This document shows positions 12,501-27,500 of a DNA stretch of 64,000 nucleotides, in pieces (the stretch's first letter is position 1; each line of letters starts with the position of its first letter). Made by a program: the position numbers and the translations under genes. Source of the stretch: Antedon mediterranea (Eukaryota; Animalia; Echinodermata); the NCBI RefSeq assembly GCF_964355755.1, contig NC_092679.1, positions 464,201-528,200 of the forward strand, in the 5' to 3' direction. The notes under the pieces are model-generated. The model was not told where the DNA came from and did not search any database. It saw only the letters and a list, made by a program, of their open reading frames with translations.

Positions 12501-15500
12501 AGTTCCTTTGCAAAGCGCATTAGTTCTACAGTTGGATCAACACCTACAAGCAAAAAGAGAAGTAATTGAGGAGCATTCGTTTTATTTTTTGTCTTATGTG
12601 GCAATAATTTTTAATAATTGATTGCAGTTTCTCCATCTACAGTATTGTATACAAATATAAGTAAACAAAAAACATCACGTAATAAAAATAAAAGAAATAA
12701 ACACCTGATGATAGAATGAATAAAAGAAATAAACACCTGATGATAGAATGAATATAAGTGGCTGCTTGGCGCTGGATTCTTCAAAGACCTCTTTCAGATC
12801 AAGACCACCTCTTGCTAAGTATTCTGCACCCATTAGTTCTTTGATGTAACTTTTCGCACTTGTTATCTGACATTCAGGTCGAAGAACTTTTATAAGAATT
12901 AAGCGCTCAAATAATTTCAGATTCTCCCAGTGAAAGAAGGTTGACTCTTCTAGATATACAGAAATAAAATAAAATTTCAGTCAGTCAATCTTTTTGATGT
13001 ACAGTATGTGAAAGCATACCCGGTAGCTTCAAGAATATTTTTGATAGCACACCACAAATCTTACATAGAAATAATTTTTGACAGAATCTTCATGAAAAAC
13101 TGCCCTGGCAAATAAATGTTTTTTGTAGGTAATATTACCTGAAGTAGCAGCAGGTTGATCTATTAGATAGAATGGATCCAGTGAAAGTACAAACATCTCC
13201 CATTGCTTCACGTTATTTATAATACTATGACACAAGCCTCTGAAACCTTTCAGTACCATTGATAGGTACTGGCACTGCTTCCATCCACTCTCAGAGATCC
13301 ACCGAGGAGGTTTGGATGTTACATGACCTGTTACGCTAACCGTACTGCGTACAGATGATGCGGATGATACACGAGAAGACGGTGCTCTATTAACACCAGA
13401 TTCGGCTTCTAGTCTTTGCATAGCTGTCATACCTTGAAACAAAAAATTTAATGTAAAATGTAAAACAGTAAATAAACCGAAACAAATTTTACATCTACAC
13501 TATTTCATTTTATCTGAAAGGATTTGTTAATACATTACCATCATGTTTCTGAAGTTGTTCTGCAGAGGTCAACTCTGCTAGAACATTGGTCTGCAGGAAA
13601 GCCTGCCATTCCGTGTCAGTGATGTCATGATCAACTGGGTCCTCTTGTCTGGTCCAAGTTGCAACTCGTTTGATACTGGTACACAGCAGGAATGAGAAGA
13701 CGAGTTGATGTTTCACAAACAATGCTTTTGAGACAACTCTGAAGAAAAACAAAGGTTGCACAATTTGTCTTGGTTTTGGTTAAAAACTGTCAAGATCCTA
13801 AAGCTATGTCTACACTATCAAACTAGTTTGACAAAAAAAGTGTGATGTGCCCAAATATAGTAGTGATATGCTGAAATACTGTATGGTACTGTAGTTATAT
13901 GACATCATCATGTCCATATATATATGTTTTCAAATAAACTTTGATAGTATAGACAGAGCTTAAGTCTTGGAATGCTGTGGTGTGGGTGGATTTTTATTGA
14001 TTGTTAGTTGTATACTGGGTCCACTGTTATGAAAATGGTCCTGTACTGAAGAGGTCACATAGTATAATAAAGAAAGAAATAAAATAAAAATAAGATACTT
14101 CACAAGTTACCTATAGATACTGTTAGTGAGATGAGACACCATGTTCTGCAGATGCTTTACTAAATCCAGGTCACTTCTTTCATCAGATTGAAACCTCTCC
14201 GCCAGGTTTCTTGACAAATCTGGACTACTTCTGGCGCTGGAAGGTCTAAGACGACCAGCAAGATGTTGCTTGCTAGCACTGGATGGTCTGCTTGAGGTCT
14301 GAGACTTGATTTGACAAATGCAAGTACGGAACATCTCTTGGAACCATGGTAGTGAGAACTGGTACATAACATCTATACTGGAAAGATCTGCCAATACAAA
14401 GTAAAGAATGGCACCTCTGGTTGCAACCTGTACACATATAAACAATTTTGATTACCAAACAAAGAGTTTTTCTAAAAAAGATTAACAGACTATATAACTT
14501 TGCAACACATCTCAAACAAATGAATTTCAAATTCAAAAGTGGTTTGACAACAGTGACCTTTCGATATGTGATGACCCAGGACGTAAAAACTAGTTACATC
14601 GTGTTAAATAACTTTGCACCACATGCAGGACATTGAGATGTGCATCCTAAAATGATTCCTCAACAGTTTTAGCAGATTCTAGTCAAGATGACAACAAAAA
14701 CACAATATGCATACTGAGGTCGTAGGTCATTGTAAACAAAAACCTTCCTTTTAATATCAAATAAACTAAATAGCAAATAATAAATAATTCCTTACTGAAA
14801 TGTACTTTTTTCTAGCATAATCCAGTTCCTTCTGTGTGACCTCTGACTGCAGGAGACGTTGATGAATTTCTTCAGACATTGTTTTGCTCTTTTCAAGAGT
14901 TTCCACAAGATCCTGATCATCAAGAATGTGACCTATGTTTACAGAAATTTTGATAACATTGTGTAATTATTTATTCCTCCTTGGTATATCCAGTGTTAAG
15001 GATCTTTGGGCTTATTGGATTCAGACACAATTATTTCAGAATCTTACTTTGTGTGAATAAACTAAACTTAAACTTCCTAAATTTTCAATTTTAAATTATT
15101 TTTCGACACAATCGGTCAAGGTCAAACTACAAAACAAGTGCGGATAACCAATTATAAAAATATAAAACAACATCTGATTGCTATTGGAAGGTAGATATTT
15201 ACAGCTTTACTTGAAAGCAAATCTTTACCTTGCGACTTCTGTAAAAGGCTAAGTGATCGGTCTTCGAGGTCTCTCAATTGTTTAATATCATTAGCAATGC
15301 TTTCTAGTAATTCACTTCTTTGTCTTTCAAGTACAGGTTGTTCCTAGTGAAACAAATCAAATAATAACCATAACAAAATAAAAATCATGTTGACACAATT
15401 GGCACCCCACAAGGAGTTTTCGTTCATGGTTAATGATTTGAAAAGCTCTGTCTACACTATCAACCTAGTTTGACAAAAAAGTGCGATGTGCCTAAAATGG

Positions 15501-18500
15501 TAGTGATATGCTCACATATGGTAGTGATATGCCCATAATGGTAGTGTTATGGCATCATCATGTCCATATATGGGCATATCACATATTTTTTGTCACATAA
15601 AGTTTGAGCTTTAGAGCTGTGAATTAGTTCAATAAATTAACAATTTTAGTTGGATTAAGAAGGTTACCTGTAGCACAACAGTTGAAAGCAGCTGATCTTG
15701 CAATCCTTCAAAGGTAACAGTGAAGTTGATCAGGCCAACCTTTATGCAGACTGCTGGCAAGAAATGAGGATTTGGAAGACCACAACACATGTACAACCTG
15801 TAAGAAAATAAAACAATATAAACTCATAATATGATGGGATAGAAAGGTTATTTAAAAACAACAGTATTACATAATATGCCTTTCTAAATCCTCAAAAGTT
15901 TCTTAACAGTACAGTTTGAAAACTTTGAATCCACAGATGTACTGTAGTGTAAAACAGTTTGCTTTCAATCAATTCATTGCAAAGTGCCTACAGAGACATC
16001 ATCATGTAAAATTAGATTACCTGAAATTATGATTATATTCAATTTCTGTATCTCCCATTTTAATAACATCTTGTCCTCCTTGTTTGAAAAGCTGTTTCAT
16101 TAAGATGGGTGCCAAAGCGGGATCTAAGCTCTCGCCAATTTCCTTCAAGAAAAGTCAGTATTATTTGTGTTGCTTTTTATTGAAGTGTTGTTTTTATTGT
16201 GCCAACTAATTATATTAATAAGGAAACAAATTATACCTCCAATAAAACTGGCTCTCCTATCTGCACTGCTCGTTCAATTGCCCTCATATAGTTTGGATCC
16301 GTCATTTGAATTCTTCTCAATCGGCTTCCTTCCATCTCTGTAATCCACCTAAAATGTAAAATTTTTGTAAAAATATTTAAAATATAGATCTTTTACACAT
16401 ACATATTTTCAAATTACATTTACAGACTCTGACAACCAAACTAATACGTCGATCTTATATAGCGCTTAAAATGCACAAAGCTTCTGAGCACTTCACAGTA
16501 ACAACGAAAACTGTTTTAAAATAGTTGTAAAGCATAAAGGGGTTGGCAGCAGCTGACTGTACCTAGCTCCTTGTCCTTGGGGGTCAATAAGCAGTGGCCA
16601 TCGATGTCCAAACTTCACAAACATAGCATTCTCCTCAGAGTGCCTGTCTCTTGGTAGTCCTTCATTGTGCCATTGTTGAACCTTAGATGATTGAACACAC
16701 AATTATATTATTTTCATTTCATAAACAAATTCCATTCAACTTAAGAGATGTTTACTTTATAACTTTAATTTATTTAAATGACAAAAAGAAAATTGGTTTT
16801 TCAAGAACAAACAAGTAAACAAAATACAAAGCACCAAAGGGTGACCGGAATTACTTAAACAATTTGTAACAAAGACTGAAAAGATAGGCTCCTCCTTTCG
16901 TGAATTATTAAACACCATTAAGAGACGATTTTCTATCCAAAGCATTTCATTAAATAAGCAATCACTACTAGGAAAATACACAAACATTTGGATTAATGTT
17001 CCATATAAGGTAACAACAAAAATCATTCTTACCACATTGGCCTCTGTTAGGGTTTCAATCAGTGAAAACTGCTGTGAGATTGGAATGTCTTCCCTACGAC
17101 ACAACGAGTACCAATAATTGCCCATTTCTCGTCTATAGGGGGCAGTAAATACCCCAAGGTAGATGATGTACGCGGTAGAGATAAGCGTATCACCAACAAT
17201 TCCTTCTAATCGGAAATTCAAGTTATCCATAGATTCTGCCCATCGAACCTAACAATAAAAAGTAAACTTAATACATAGCAGTTTTGTCTTATGTTGCCAA
17301 AACAATACTTGTAAACATTCAGTATAGGAAGTGAACAACATCGTACCTTTTCATCGGCTAGAGCAGTAAGCAAGACAGACGCCCTCTGTAGTCGGAGAGT
17401 TGTTAGTACTTTCCGTTCTTGTAGCATTTCTCGCTGATGTACACTATCATCGTATTGTTTCTGGAGATCATCAAGGTGCTTTTCAATCTGAAAGTTATTC
17501 TGACAGGTTATATGCATTCCGTGTACAAGTTACTCTCTCACTACTGTTTAAATTACTAAACTTATACTTTTCTAACAGCTCCTCGACCCTGTCACAGGTC
17601 ACTGACCACAAGCCACATTCGGCCTGATGACACAGGCAATCAATCATGTATACAAACCTGAGCTAGGCTGTCTTGTTTCTTTTTAAGGCTATCCTGTGCA
17701 AGTGCCAGAGCTTCTTTGGCTTCTTCCACTCGTCGTTGCTTTGGTTTTACCATCTGAAAAGGAATGCAAAAAGATATGCAACAATGAAATCAATATATCA
17801 TTTATTTATTTGATAAAAAAAAAACAAATAAAAACAGGTGAGGAAAAACAAAAGCAAACCACTATGACTCAATGAGTCAGTAATTCCTTTAAGGAAGATG
17901 ATTATGACGATTATGATAAAAATGATTAAAATGAATGATGAAGAAATCAGAAATGTAGATGAAAATAATTATAACGTGATGACAATGATGAAAAAGATGA
18001 TAATAATATAATATAATAATAATAAGACCAATGATTGTTTTACCTTGCAAACGTCCAGGTAATGTTGCAACGCTAACACCCACTGACAGATGGATTTACA
18101 AGCATGTGACACCTGACCGACTTTCTCGGGTTCAAAGTTTGGCATTGATGTGAATTTTTTCAATCTAGCAAATATCTAGAAACAAGTGTGTAATGAATAG
18201 AACAATAGATTTCAGTATTTATTTTAAAGTCTTGCATTTGATTCACTACTAGCTCTGTCTACACTATCAAACTAGTTAGATAAAAAAAGTGTGATGTGCC
18301 CAAATATGGTAATGATATGACATCATCGTGTCCATATATGGACACATCACATTGTTTGTCACATACAGTTTAATAGTGTAGACAGAGCTTTACCTTATCA
18401 GTCACTACACTTTTATCATAATTGACAAGTTTTTTAAGGAATCCCTGATCCGCCAGTAGCAGTTTAGCAGTACTCCACTCAGGTTTATGCTTCATCAGAA

Positions 18501-21500
18501 CACACACTGCACCCATCACATGCATCACCAGATCAGGTGGATTGGTGTACACTCGAATCTCAGAGATGTCCGATTTATCTAATGAATCGAGGGCTGTGAC
18601 AGCTTCTTGAAGAGCTGGGATGACGGATTCCAAGTCCCTTTGAGCTTCCTGAAAATAATTAAAATTGTATTTTTGATTAAATTTAATTTAATATTGGCAC
18701 AATCAGTGAAATGAAAAGTGTATACAATAGTAAAGATTTTGAAATTAACAATATACAGTATAATAGATACAATACGCAAGAAGAACGCCAGGCTAGTGAT
18801 CTGGAGGTCATGGGTTCAAGCCCGACAAAAGAATTACTAGTATTCTCAATGTACTTCGTATAAAACAAAATTCCGTCAGAGTAGTAGGGCAAACACTGGC
18901 CAGATACAAAATATATAAACATACATGCAAACTATGACTGGATGGAATCACAAAGTTAACAGCTAAAGCAAAAGTTTATTGACTTACATCAGCGTAATCT
19001 TGCACCATCTGAGTTTCATGTTTCATCACTGTCTCTTCCTTGACAACGATTTCTCTAACTTGGTCAACAGCAGCCTGGTCCACCTTCAACTGTTTCAATA
19101 ACACCTCTGTATCCTAGTGAGAGAGAGGTAAAAATATAGTACAAATCATAAACTGAAGTTAATAGGGAGATTTCAATTTGAGATGATCGACGACCAGCCT
19201 AGATCAAACCTGTGTCGAGGTGAGGAGCAAAGATACACGTCCTAATGTCTCCGCATGCACAAAATGAATTACCATGACATAGTTTGGTCATTGGTCGCAA
19301 ATAGAATGCTCCCTATTAATAATTAAAATAATTGTTTTTCTTTGTTTACCTTTGCTTTCTCTTCAATCTTAGGGCCTAATGTGACAAGCTCTTCTTGCAT
19401 GGTGTCCACCAATTTATTAGCTTCAGACAGCTTATACAGCCCCACTGATAGCCTATGTCTAAATATCAAATAGATAATAACCAAAAAAAAGTTTGAAGGT
19501 TTGCATGGCGGAATCAATATGTTTGCGGTAACATCATACATTTAATTGTGAAAAGAACACTTACTTGTTATCCAGAAACTTTTGTTTAGTTTCTTTCAGT
19601 GTTTTAGTGTAAAGTTGTACAAGATCTAGGTAGCTACTTGGTGTTGTATAGAAATGACGGTTTAGTTCCAGTTTAAACTGGTTTGCCTTCTTTTCTACAT
19701 CCTGATGAATGTCAACACACACCTTTGCTATGCTGTCTTTCAAAATCTGAAAAGAAAAACATAATTTACAATCTTACATTACATAAAACTTTCTTAAATG
19801 AGAGAAGAGAGAATATACTTCAAGTTCAATATTATCATGTGAGGTAATTTTCTGAATGATACTAGATTTTATTTAACATTCCTGCTCAAAATTCATTGAT
19901 AGAAGTATTGAAGAACAAAGTACAATGTCAGTATACTTACTGCAATATCTTGCAGTGCATTGATGCCCTCAAACTGAATTTGACTCAGATATACTTGAGC
20001 GACCTTCAACATGGCATCTTCACCCCATTGGTCAAACCAATCCAAAGTACAGCAGTTGATGAGGGATGGGTACATCCTGCACCTTTGACGGAAAGTGTTG
20101 CCAGCAGGGCTGGTAGCAATCACTACATGCAGGTTACGTCTCACACGCTGTTATGAAGTAGAGACAGTTTTATGTATTCAAATTCAATGATATTTTGGTT
20201 AAAAATTTGAAACTGGATGTATAGTCATTGCCACATACAAATGTATTCATTTTATTGCAACTGGTAATAACAAATTGAATTTGAACATTAAAATTGGTAA
20301 ATAAAAAAAAAATCCAGATAAAAATCACATAAAAGGAAGAACAAACAACTATTAATTAATGTATTATTAAGCCACTCCCTAAGGTCTCTTTGTCAGACTT
20401 CCTTGTGAATTATTCAAGAGGACAACCAGCAAGTACTAAGTAAGTACTAAGTATTACCCACATTCCTATAAATTAATGTTTAGTTATTACCTGAATAAAA
20501 AACTGGTACACTGCTTCCCTGGTGTCTGGTATTTCTGCCTCGGCTGCGAGTCTTTTCAAGTCCATTGATATGGACTCCAAATCATCATTATCAAAGAGAT
20601 CTGGAACCTCACCAGAATTCAAGATGCTACTGATGTCTTCTAAGAAGGCTTCCTACAAAAATAAAAAAAAATGCATTGCATTTAAATGAATAGCTGAACA
20701 CATTAAATGAATGAATTCTTGTATGATTTGAGGATGTAGAAATCAAGTAGTTACCATGACAATATCACTGTCTGTCATCAAGAAGACGGTATTCAATCCC
20801 TGGACTCCAGCTTTTAAAAACCCTTTCTTCAAATCATCCTTGTAATCATTAATATTGTATGTACGGGTAAGGTTGAGACGGAACAGTTCACAACCAGAGA
20901 TAAGACAGGCTAACTGAACAGTTGTTGATTTCCCTGTACCATCCATGCCAACTAACAGCATGTGACCACCTGGCTGGCGAAACACTCTGGCTGCTCTTAC
21001 GATGTGTTCTACTGCTTCTTTAAAAAACACTATTTGGGTTCCCTGAAAATATATGAATGAATAATTATATAAAGAATGTCAAAGACATCTTGTATGCCAA
21101 AATAGTATCTGCCATTGTTTTGGTTTTAGATATAAATTATAACAACTAAACAGACAATCTAGATTGTTAAGAATAAGTAGATACAAGGATAATATATGAT
21201 CTTGATTTAGAGATGATAATGATGACAATGATCAGATTAATGTTGATTATGATGTACTACTTCTTTTTACCTGTGAGTTCCCATAATTCATCCTCACTAA
21301 GTAATCTTCCAGTACTTGTACTGTCCGGCTTGGATCAGGCATTCCACGATAAATCCGCTCAGCTGAGGGGGCATTGACGTCCATGAAATCACCAAACATG
21401 AAAGGTTTGGTATACAGCTGTTCTGCTGACCACTTAAGCTGTTAGAAAAAAGGGATGGTAATTATACTTGTTTTATTGATATTTGATTGATAATATCAAA

Positions 21501-24500
21501 CATTTGTTTGATTCTATACCTACTTTAAAGTGATTGTGAAGGTCATCTGCCAAAAAGCTGAAGAACATCATACGGTCATCAGCGTCCATCAACCGATCAT
21601 GGAATACTCTGGTGGACTCATGAGCAAGTAACTGACCAGCAGACTCTATTGAAGTGACCACGGTCTTGTCTGCCTGCAACAACCCTTGAATTACCTAGAA
21701 ATAAGAATTTATGTCAATACACATGCTCTTAATTACACTCAAAAGAATTTCTTCAACAATGACCAAGCCTTTTCTAATTATTATCAGACCACACACCTCA
21801 ATAGTACAAGTATGAGTATAGTCTATAATACCTTTGATAGATCCCTTAAGTTGAAGGTATAGTGAGTTTTAGTTGGTGTTGGTAACAAGTTCAATGACAT
21901 CTTATAGTAGATAGCAATGGATGCCGACACTAATGGTGTTAGTAACTCCTTTACATCTGGAATGAAATCTTGGTTCTCAAGAAATCTACCGAGTTGAACC
22001 TGGTAGATGTGTTGAAGGGACTTAATAGAAGGCTGTGGTAGGCTAAGCATTGAGAAGTACTTGAGTAATCGAGGACTGATCATCTGTCTACCGCCCCCAG
22101 GCGGAGCACAAGCACCAACAAGTGTAACATCAAGTATATCCTACAAAAACACATTAATAATTAACAAAATACAGTTATACATGTAAGGAAGAATGGATGA
22201 TTTTTTGTAATTGTTTCAAAAATGTTAACAGATAATAGAACAAAGCTTAAATTTTACAGTAAAAATGAGAGTGCAGACTAAAGAGGCCAAAATTATTTTG
22301 CTGGTAAACTTTAGGTCATACCTGTATCCATTAAAGGCTCTCTTTGTTTTAGTGTTCTGTTTCAAATTACAGAATTGGACAGTTGGGTAAAGGAAAGACA
22401 ATTACTTACCTTCCAGAGAAGCTTCTTGGTATCATAAAATCCACCAAATTCCAGGAACTGACGAATAAGTTCAAGAGGAGGCTGAGCACCAAATTTTTCT
22501 GGAGCTGGTAAATTAAGGTCATCCACAAACACAATCAGCTGTGAAGTACAACAATTAGGTTACCAGTAAAAGAAAGTTATCATGATAATAACAATGGCAC
22601 AACAGTCATGTATGGAACTTAAATGTTGCTCTGACTTACGGTTTTTCCTCTTGGTCCAACCATTGTATTTTTGCCCTTTTTAATTAATTTGTGTTGTATT
22701 TGAGCTTGGATTCGGTCTGCCTTAGTCTGAGCACTTAGTTGCAATGTGGTGGACACTACCGCTTCAATAGTTTTGCGATTTGTTCCTTCTAACAAAGATT
22801 TTAATTGTGCATCACCTACAATATGACAGTAAGTAAACAAAAATTACAGATTTAAAAAATTGTTGTTGTTATTGTAAACAATTAATGCATGTAGGAGAAA
22901 AAACATTGCTTAGTGAAATTAATAGAAATTTTAAACACTTAAAAGATAAGAAGTTGCAGAAAGCGATTAAAAGTTTCTGACCCTAAATTTCTCCAAAGCT
23001 TTTATTAACGTCTAAAAAAGGCAACATTAAAAACACAATAAAACTGTGTGAAAAAAATGCACTTTGTTTCAGACTATTTGTGTACAATTCTAGACAATGC
23101 TTAGACTTTTTTAATTAAGAGAAAAGCAAAAAAAAAATGTTTGTACGACTTTAGAAGCAGTTATAACACAATAAATGCAAACATATCTATATAGCTAAAG
23201 TTAACTCAATTTAGTATTAGTAACACAGTAGAAGCTCTTCTTTGGGACACCTCTATTCTGGAGACTTGTCTACTAAGGGGCCACTTATCCATAAAAACAA
23301 TGAAGGGGTAATAGATGGTTTAAGCTCTTCTTTGGGACACCTCTATTCAGGAGACTTGTCTACTAAGGGGCCACTTATCCATAAAAACAATGAAGGGGTA
23401 ATAGATGGTTTAAGTTCTTTTTCAGGGAAGACCCTTTTTCAAAGGTTGAGTTCAAAAGATGTCTCCATAAAAGAAGTTCTACTGTACTGGTTTTTACCAA
23501 ACATGTATGACACTCCCGACAGCTTTGAGAAAAAGTAATAACTTATATAATATAAATAATAATACATATTAATTTCAGTTTGATATTTCAAACAAACATA
23601 ATTTGGATAGTGATCCAACAAATAATATTAAATTTGATATAAAAAATAAAATGTAAATGATCAAATGTTTACCTATTTCAACGTCGTTATCTCCAATGAA
23701 TCCAGATGTGAGTGAAGCAATGTTGGACAGAACACTGGTGCCTCTTTCTGAGTACTGAAGCACCTCTCCAAGGATTGTGCCGTGCTCAGTTGAAGCACCA
23801 TGTGGTCTGGCCAAATGCTCCAATATGTGACTTACTACAGCTGATTTCCCCACACCAGAATCACCTGCATATAAAAAGTTAAACAAAGTCAATATCAATT
23901 ATGATTATTTGAGGAACTCTTAACTGAACTCTCTCTGATTCTATTCCTTTCCGCTTTCCCCATTCTACCCTTTCTTATTCACTCTCTCTCACCTATAAGA
24001 CCAATATCAACTACTTTTCTGACCTCCAGAATGATATTAAATTGTCTGGTTATGTGGACATTTGTCATTGATGGCATCAGTAGCTAATAAAATTGAATTG
24101 AACTGTACTACACTTGTTTATGTTTATTTCATATCACATTTCAACTCATTTTTTCATTTACTATTCCATTTTATTGTCAATATTTTTATGTTCAATATAT
24201 GTTATCTTTTTCAAAACTCTTACCATAGAAGTTTTTTAATAACTCCATTAAAATAAAGCTTACCTGTGATCAACACAGGATGTTTATTGAGTAACAAAAG
24301 ACTTGCGAGGAACGAATATCGTATTGTATCCACTGTGGTCACCAGCTCACCCTCGTCCAGTTGCATTTTTTGGCTCATTTGGGCGGTTAACCCCATCTGT
24401 TCACCTATAGACACATGTGCCACTCCCTTGTCGATCAAAGATTTGGTGCTAGGTACTAGGACATCCCAGCTCACAAACTTACCATTTTCCATGTTGACAA

Positions 24501-27500
24501 AATAGTTAAAGATGGTTTTACTACCAGAAGGCAAACGCACTCCTAGAAAGCAATATTAAAAAAGTCATAAGACGCAAAGTGCTAGTAGAATGGAAACCTT
24601 AAGATTAAAATCTCCTTCTGAGTATTTAAGCTCTGTCTACAAAATGTAATGTATGGTCACAATGTCATATCACTACCATATTTGGACACTTTTCTTTCAA
24701 ACTAGTTTGAGTTTAGTTTAAATTAGTTTAATATGTGTGTTCTTGTTTTCTGGAGTTTTTTTTTGCTTGTTCAATTTGTATTTTATGAACATAATTAAAA
24801 ACCAATATCAAGAAAATGACAACCAAGTAAAAAGAAGTCATTGACTTACCAAGCGGTGGTTCGATATCAAAAGTATCCCTGACAAGTCCGTCAAAGTCAT
24901 AAGCAATATCACTATCAGTAGTTGCCTTTTGACTTGATGTTTTAGTTCCTAGATTAATTCCTCCGTCATCGTCGGGGTCATCTGCTCGTTTCAAGTTCCC
25001 GCCAACCGCCCATGTGAAACAGAAAACAAAGAGTTTACCCAACAACGTGGGCAACTGGTCTGGATTCTTGTTCAGATACCATTCTTTGCTGTGGAACACA
25101 AAACAGAAAATAAAAATCTATTTGGTGCTTGCAAACAATAATCATCAACAATAAGTATATATATATAAATATATAAATCCAAAGGCAAATTACTGAAAAA
25201 ATGACAATGCTGTGGGTATCAGTGGCTGGATCTCAATGGAGATACAAATAAAATAAGCACTGAAAAAATGACAATGCTGTGGGTATCAGTGGCTGGATCT
25301 CAACGGAGATACAAAATGACAATGCTGTGGGTATCAGTGGCTGGATCTCAATGGAGATACAAAAAAAAAGCAAAAAGCTATATCAAAACGATAAGTAAAA
25401 CAGCCAGAAAAGTTAGCAGAGCTTTCGGGCAACACTAGCCCTTCATCAGTGCAAGTGAAACAGATAATAATATATAAATTTATAAATATATATAAACACA
25501 TTAATTCTAAACCGCCCGGTGATATACTGAAATTTAATTAATTAATTTGAAACCATAAGATGAGAAAATTGAAAAAATAATTCAATAACATCTTGAAGAT
25601 AAATGCCACTGCTTACCCAGTGTTTTCAGATAGAGCATCAGAACCAGCAATACTTCTGTTTAGCTTACTGCCTCTTCCAGTCCTCCTGAAACCAAGTCTG
25701 GATGACTGACTTGATTGCATTGACTGCCTACTGTCACCAGTTCTCAAAGTGGAATCTACAATAAAACAAACAATACAGCCTGTTCAGTACCAAACTAAAT
25801 TACCAGCCTAGTCTAGGTCTCTATATCTGCATTGTAATTTCCACTTTGTGACTGATGTACTAGGAAAATGAATTTGTGACAAAATGTATCAAAAAAGAAA
25901 ATATTAATTTTATAAATTTCTCTCCTTTTTACATTACCTTTTTTGCCATATCCACCATTTTTTGACATAAAATTGATAAATGCCGAGAGCAAATGACACA
26001 ACATACAGACTATGTTCATGTCTGTCGCAGGAACATGTTGTTGCTTAGCAACCGAATGCAGAAAGTTAAGTCCTCTATCAACGCTTCTTTCAAACAAAGC
26101 TTGGAGATGCTTCTTACCACTCTCAGGAAACTATAAAGAAAATGTAAATTTACTATTCTTGGTTACTGTACTTGATTAGTTACTTACTTAGGTGTGATCA
26201 GTGGCAAAATGCAGGAGACATTGTTTAACACTTCACTCCTCCAGCGTTGGATAGTTGCATTAGGGATGATTATATCCTCTGGGACCTCTTAACCTCTGGG
26301 GCCCCTGGGTGCTCATCTGGGCATGATGGTCATTAACTATTATAGACATACTGTACTCACCTCTTTGGGCAGTTTTGATAGCCATGTTTTGACATATGGT
26401 TTCCATCCTAAATCAACAGGGTCCTACAAAGATAAAACATACACTTATGTGCAATTTAAGAATGAACCATACAATCTATATATTATTCACTAAGTGAAAC
26501 AAAACGACACAAATATTTACATAAAAGTTTAAATACATACCATGTATATCATAGCGCATCTACTGATTGTAGCGGGGCTAGCCTGAGACAAATTATCCAC
26601 CTCAAACAGCAGCCGCATGCCCTTGGACATCCCAATCCTCTCACCACTAGCTAGGCACAGCAACTTACTATCATCTAGTACTGTGTTCAAATTTTCAACC
26701 CATAGGGTGTCAACAGGGCCGTCTAAAACCAACCAATGCCAGTCAAGGGGTGTTTCGTCACTCATATCGTTCTCGCGGTCACTGGTTTTAACTGTTTCTT
26801 GATCGGCATCAATAGTTGAATCTGAGATCACACTCGTAGGCTTACTAGTCTGGTAGCTGCTGACGCTTTCCTGTTTTAACAAATCCATATAAATTAGATG
26901 TTCTGCTTCTGTTGCTACAACATTCTCAGTCAATGTGTTTATAAACTTTTTTAACCTCAATAAATAGTCATGTTTATGTACTCAGAAAATATCCCAAGAT
27001 GAACTGTCTGGTCAGCAATTTTTCAAGGTAAGACTAACACATTTATTTTATTTTATAGATGGTAAACCTAAACTGAATATGCAATGGGACCTCATATAAA
27101 CATATAAAATAAACATATATAGAAATTTAAAAAACATATACAATACACTATACAATATGTAGTCAAATACTTGTTTAGAGCAGACTGCATTGCTCAGTTT
27201 GGAAGGTAGCAAATTTATAGTAGGTTGGTATAGAAATTACAGTATTTACTTGTTTACTTGTTTCAGGAGCTCAGCATTTGCTGGGTCCGGAGTCGAGGCT
27301 AGGTCTATAAGAGATTTAGTTAAAGATCTATTTACCTTAGGACTTTTACCTCTTGTAACAGACGTCAAAGTAGAACCTATTGTTGATGGTCTGTCACTAT
27401 CATCCACATGCGTCATCTCCATGGCTTCCTTGGAAAAGTGCCGCATTATAGAGGGCAGCAGACCATCACTCCATTCTAGCGTGTTGGGATTTGTCTCACC

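Noticed and set aside
23242-23538. ORF with a duplicated 30-aa unit
   Set aside because: It arises from a 90-bp intronic duplication, antisense to the dynein.
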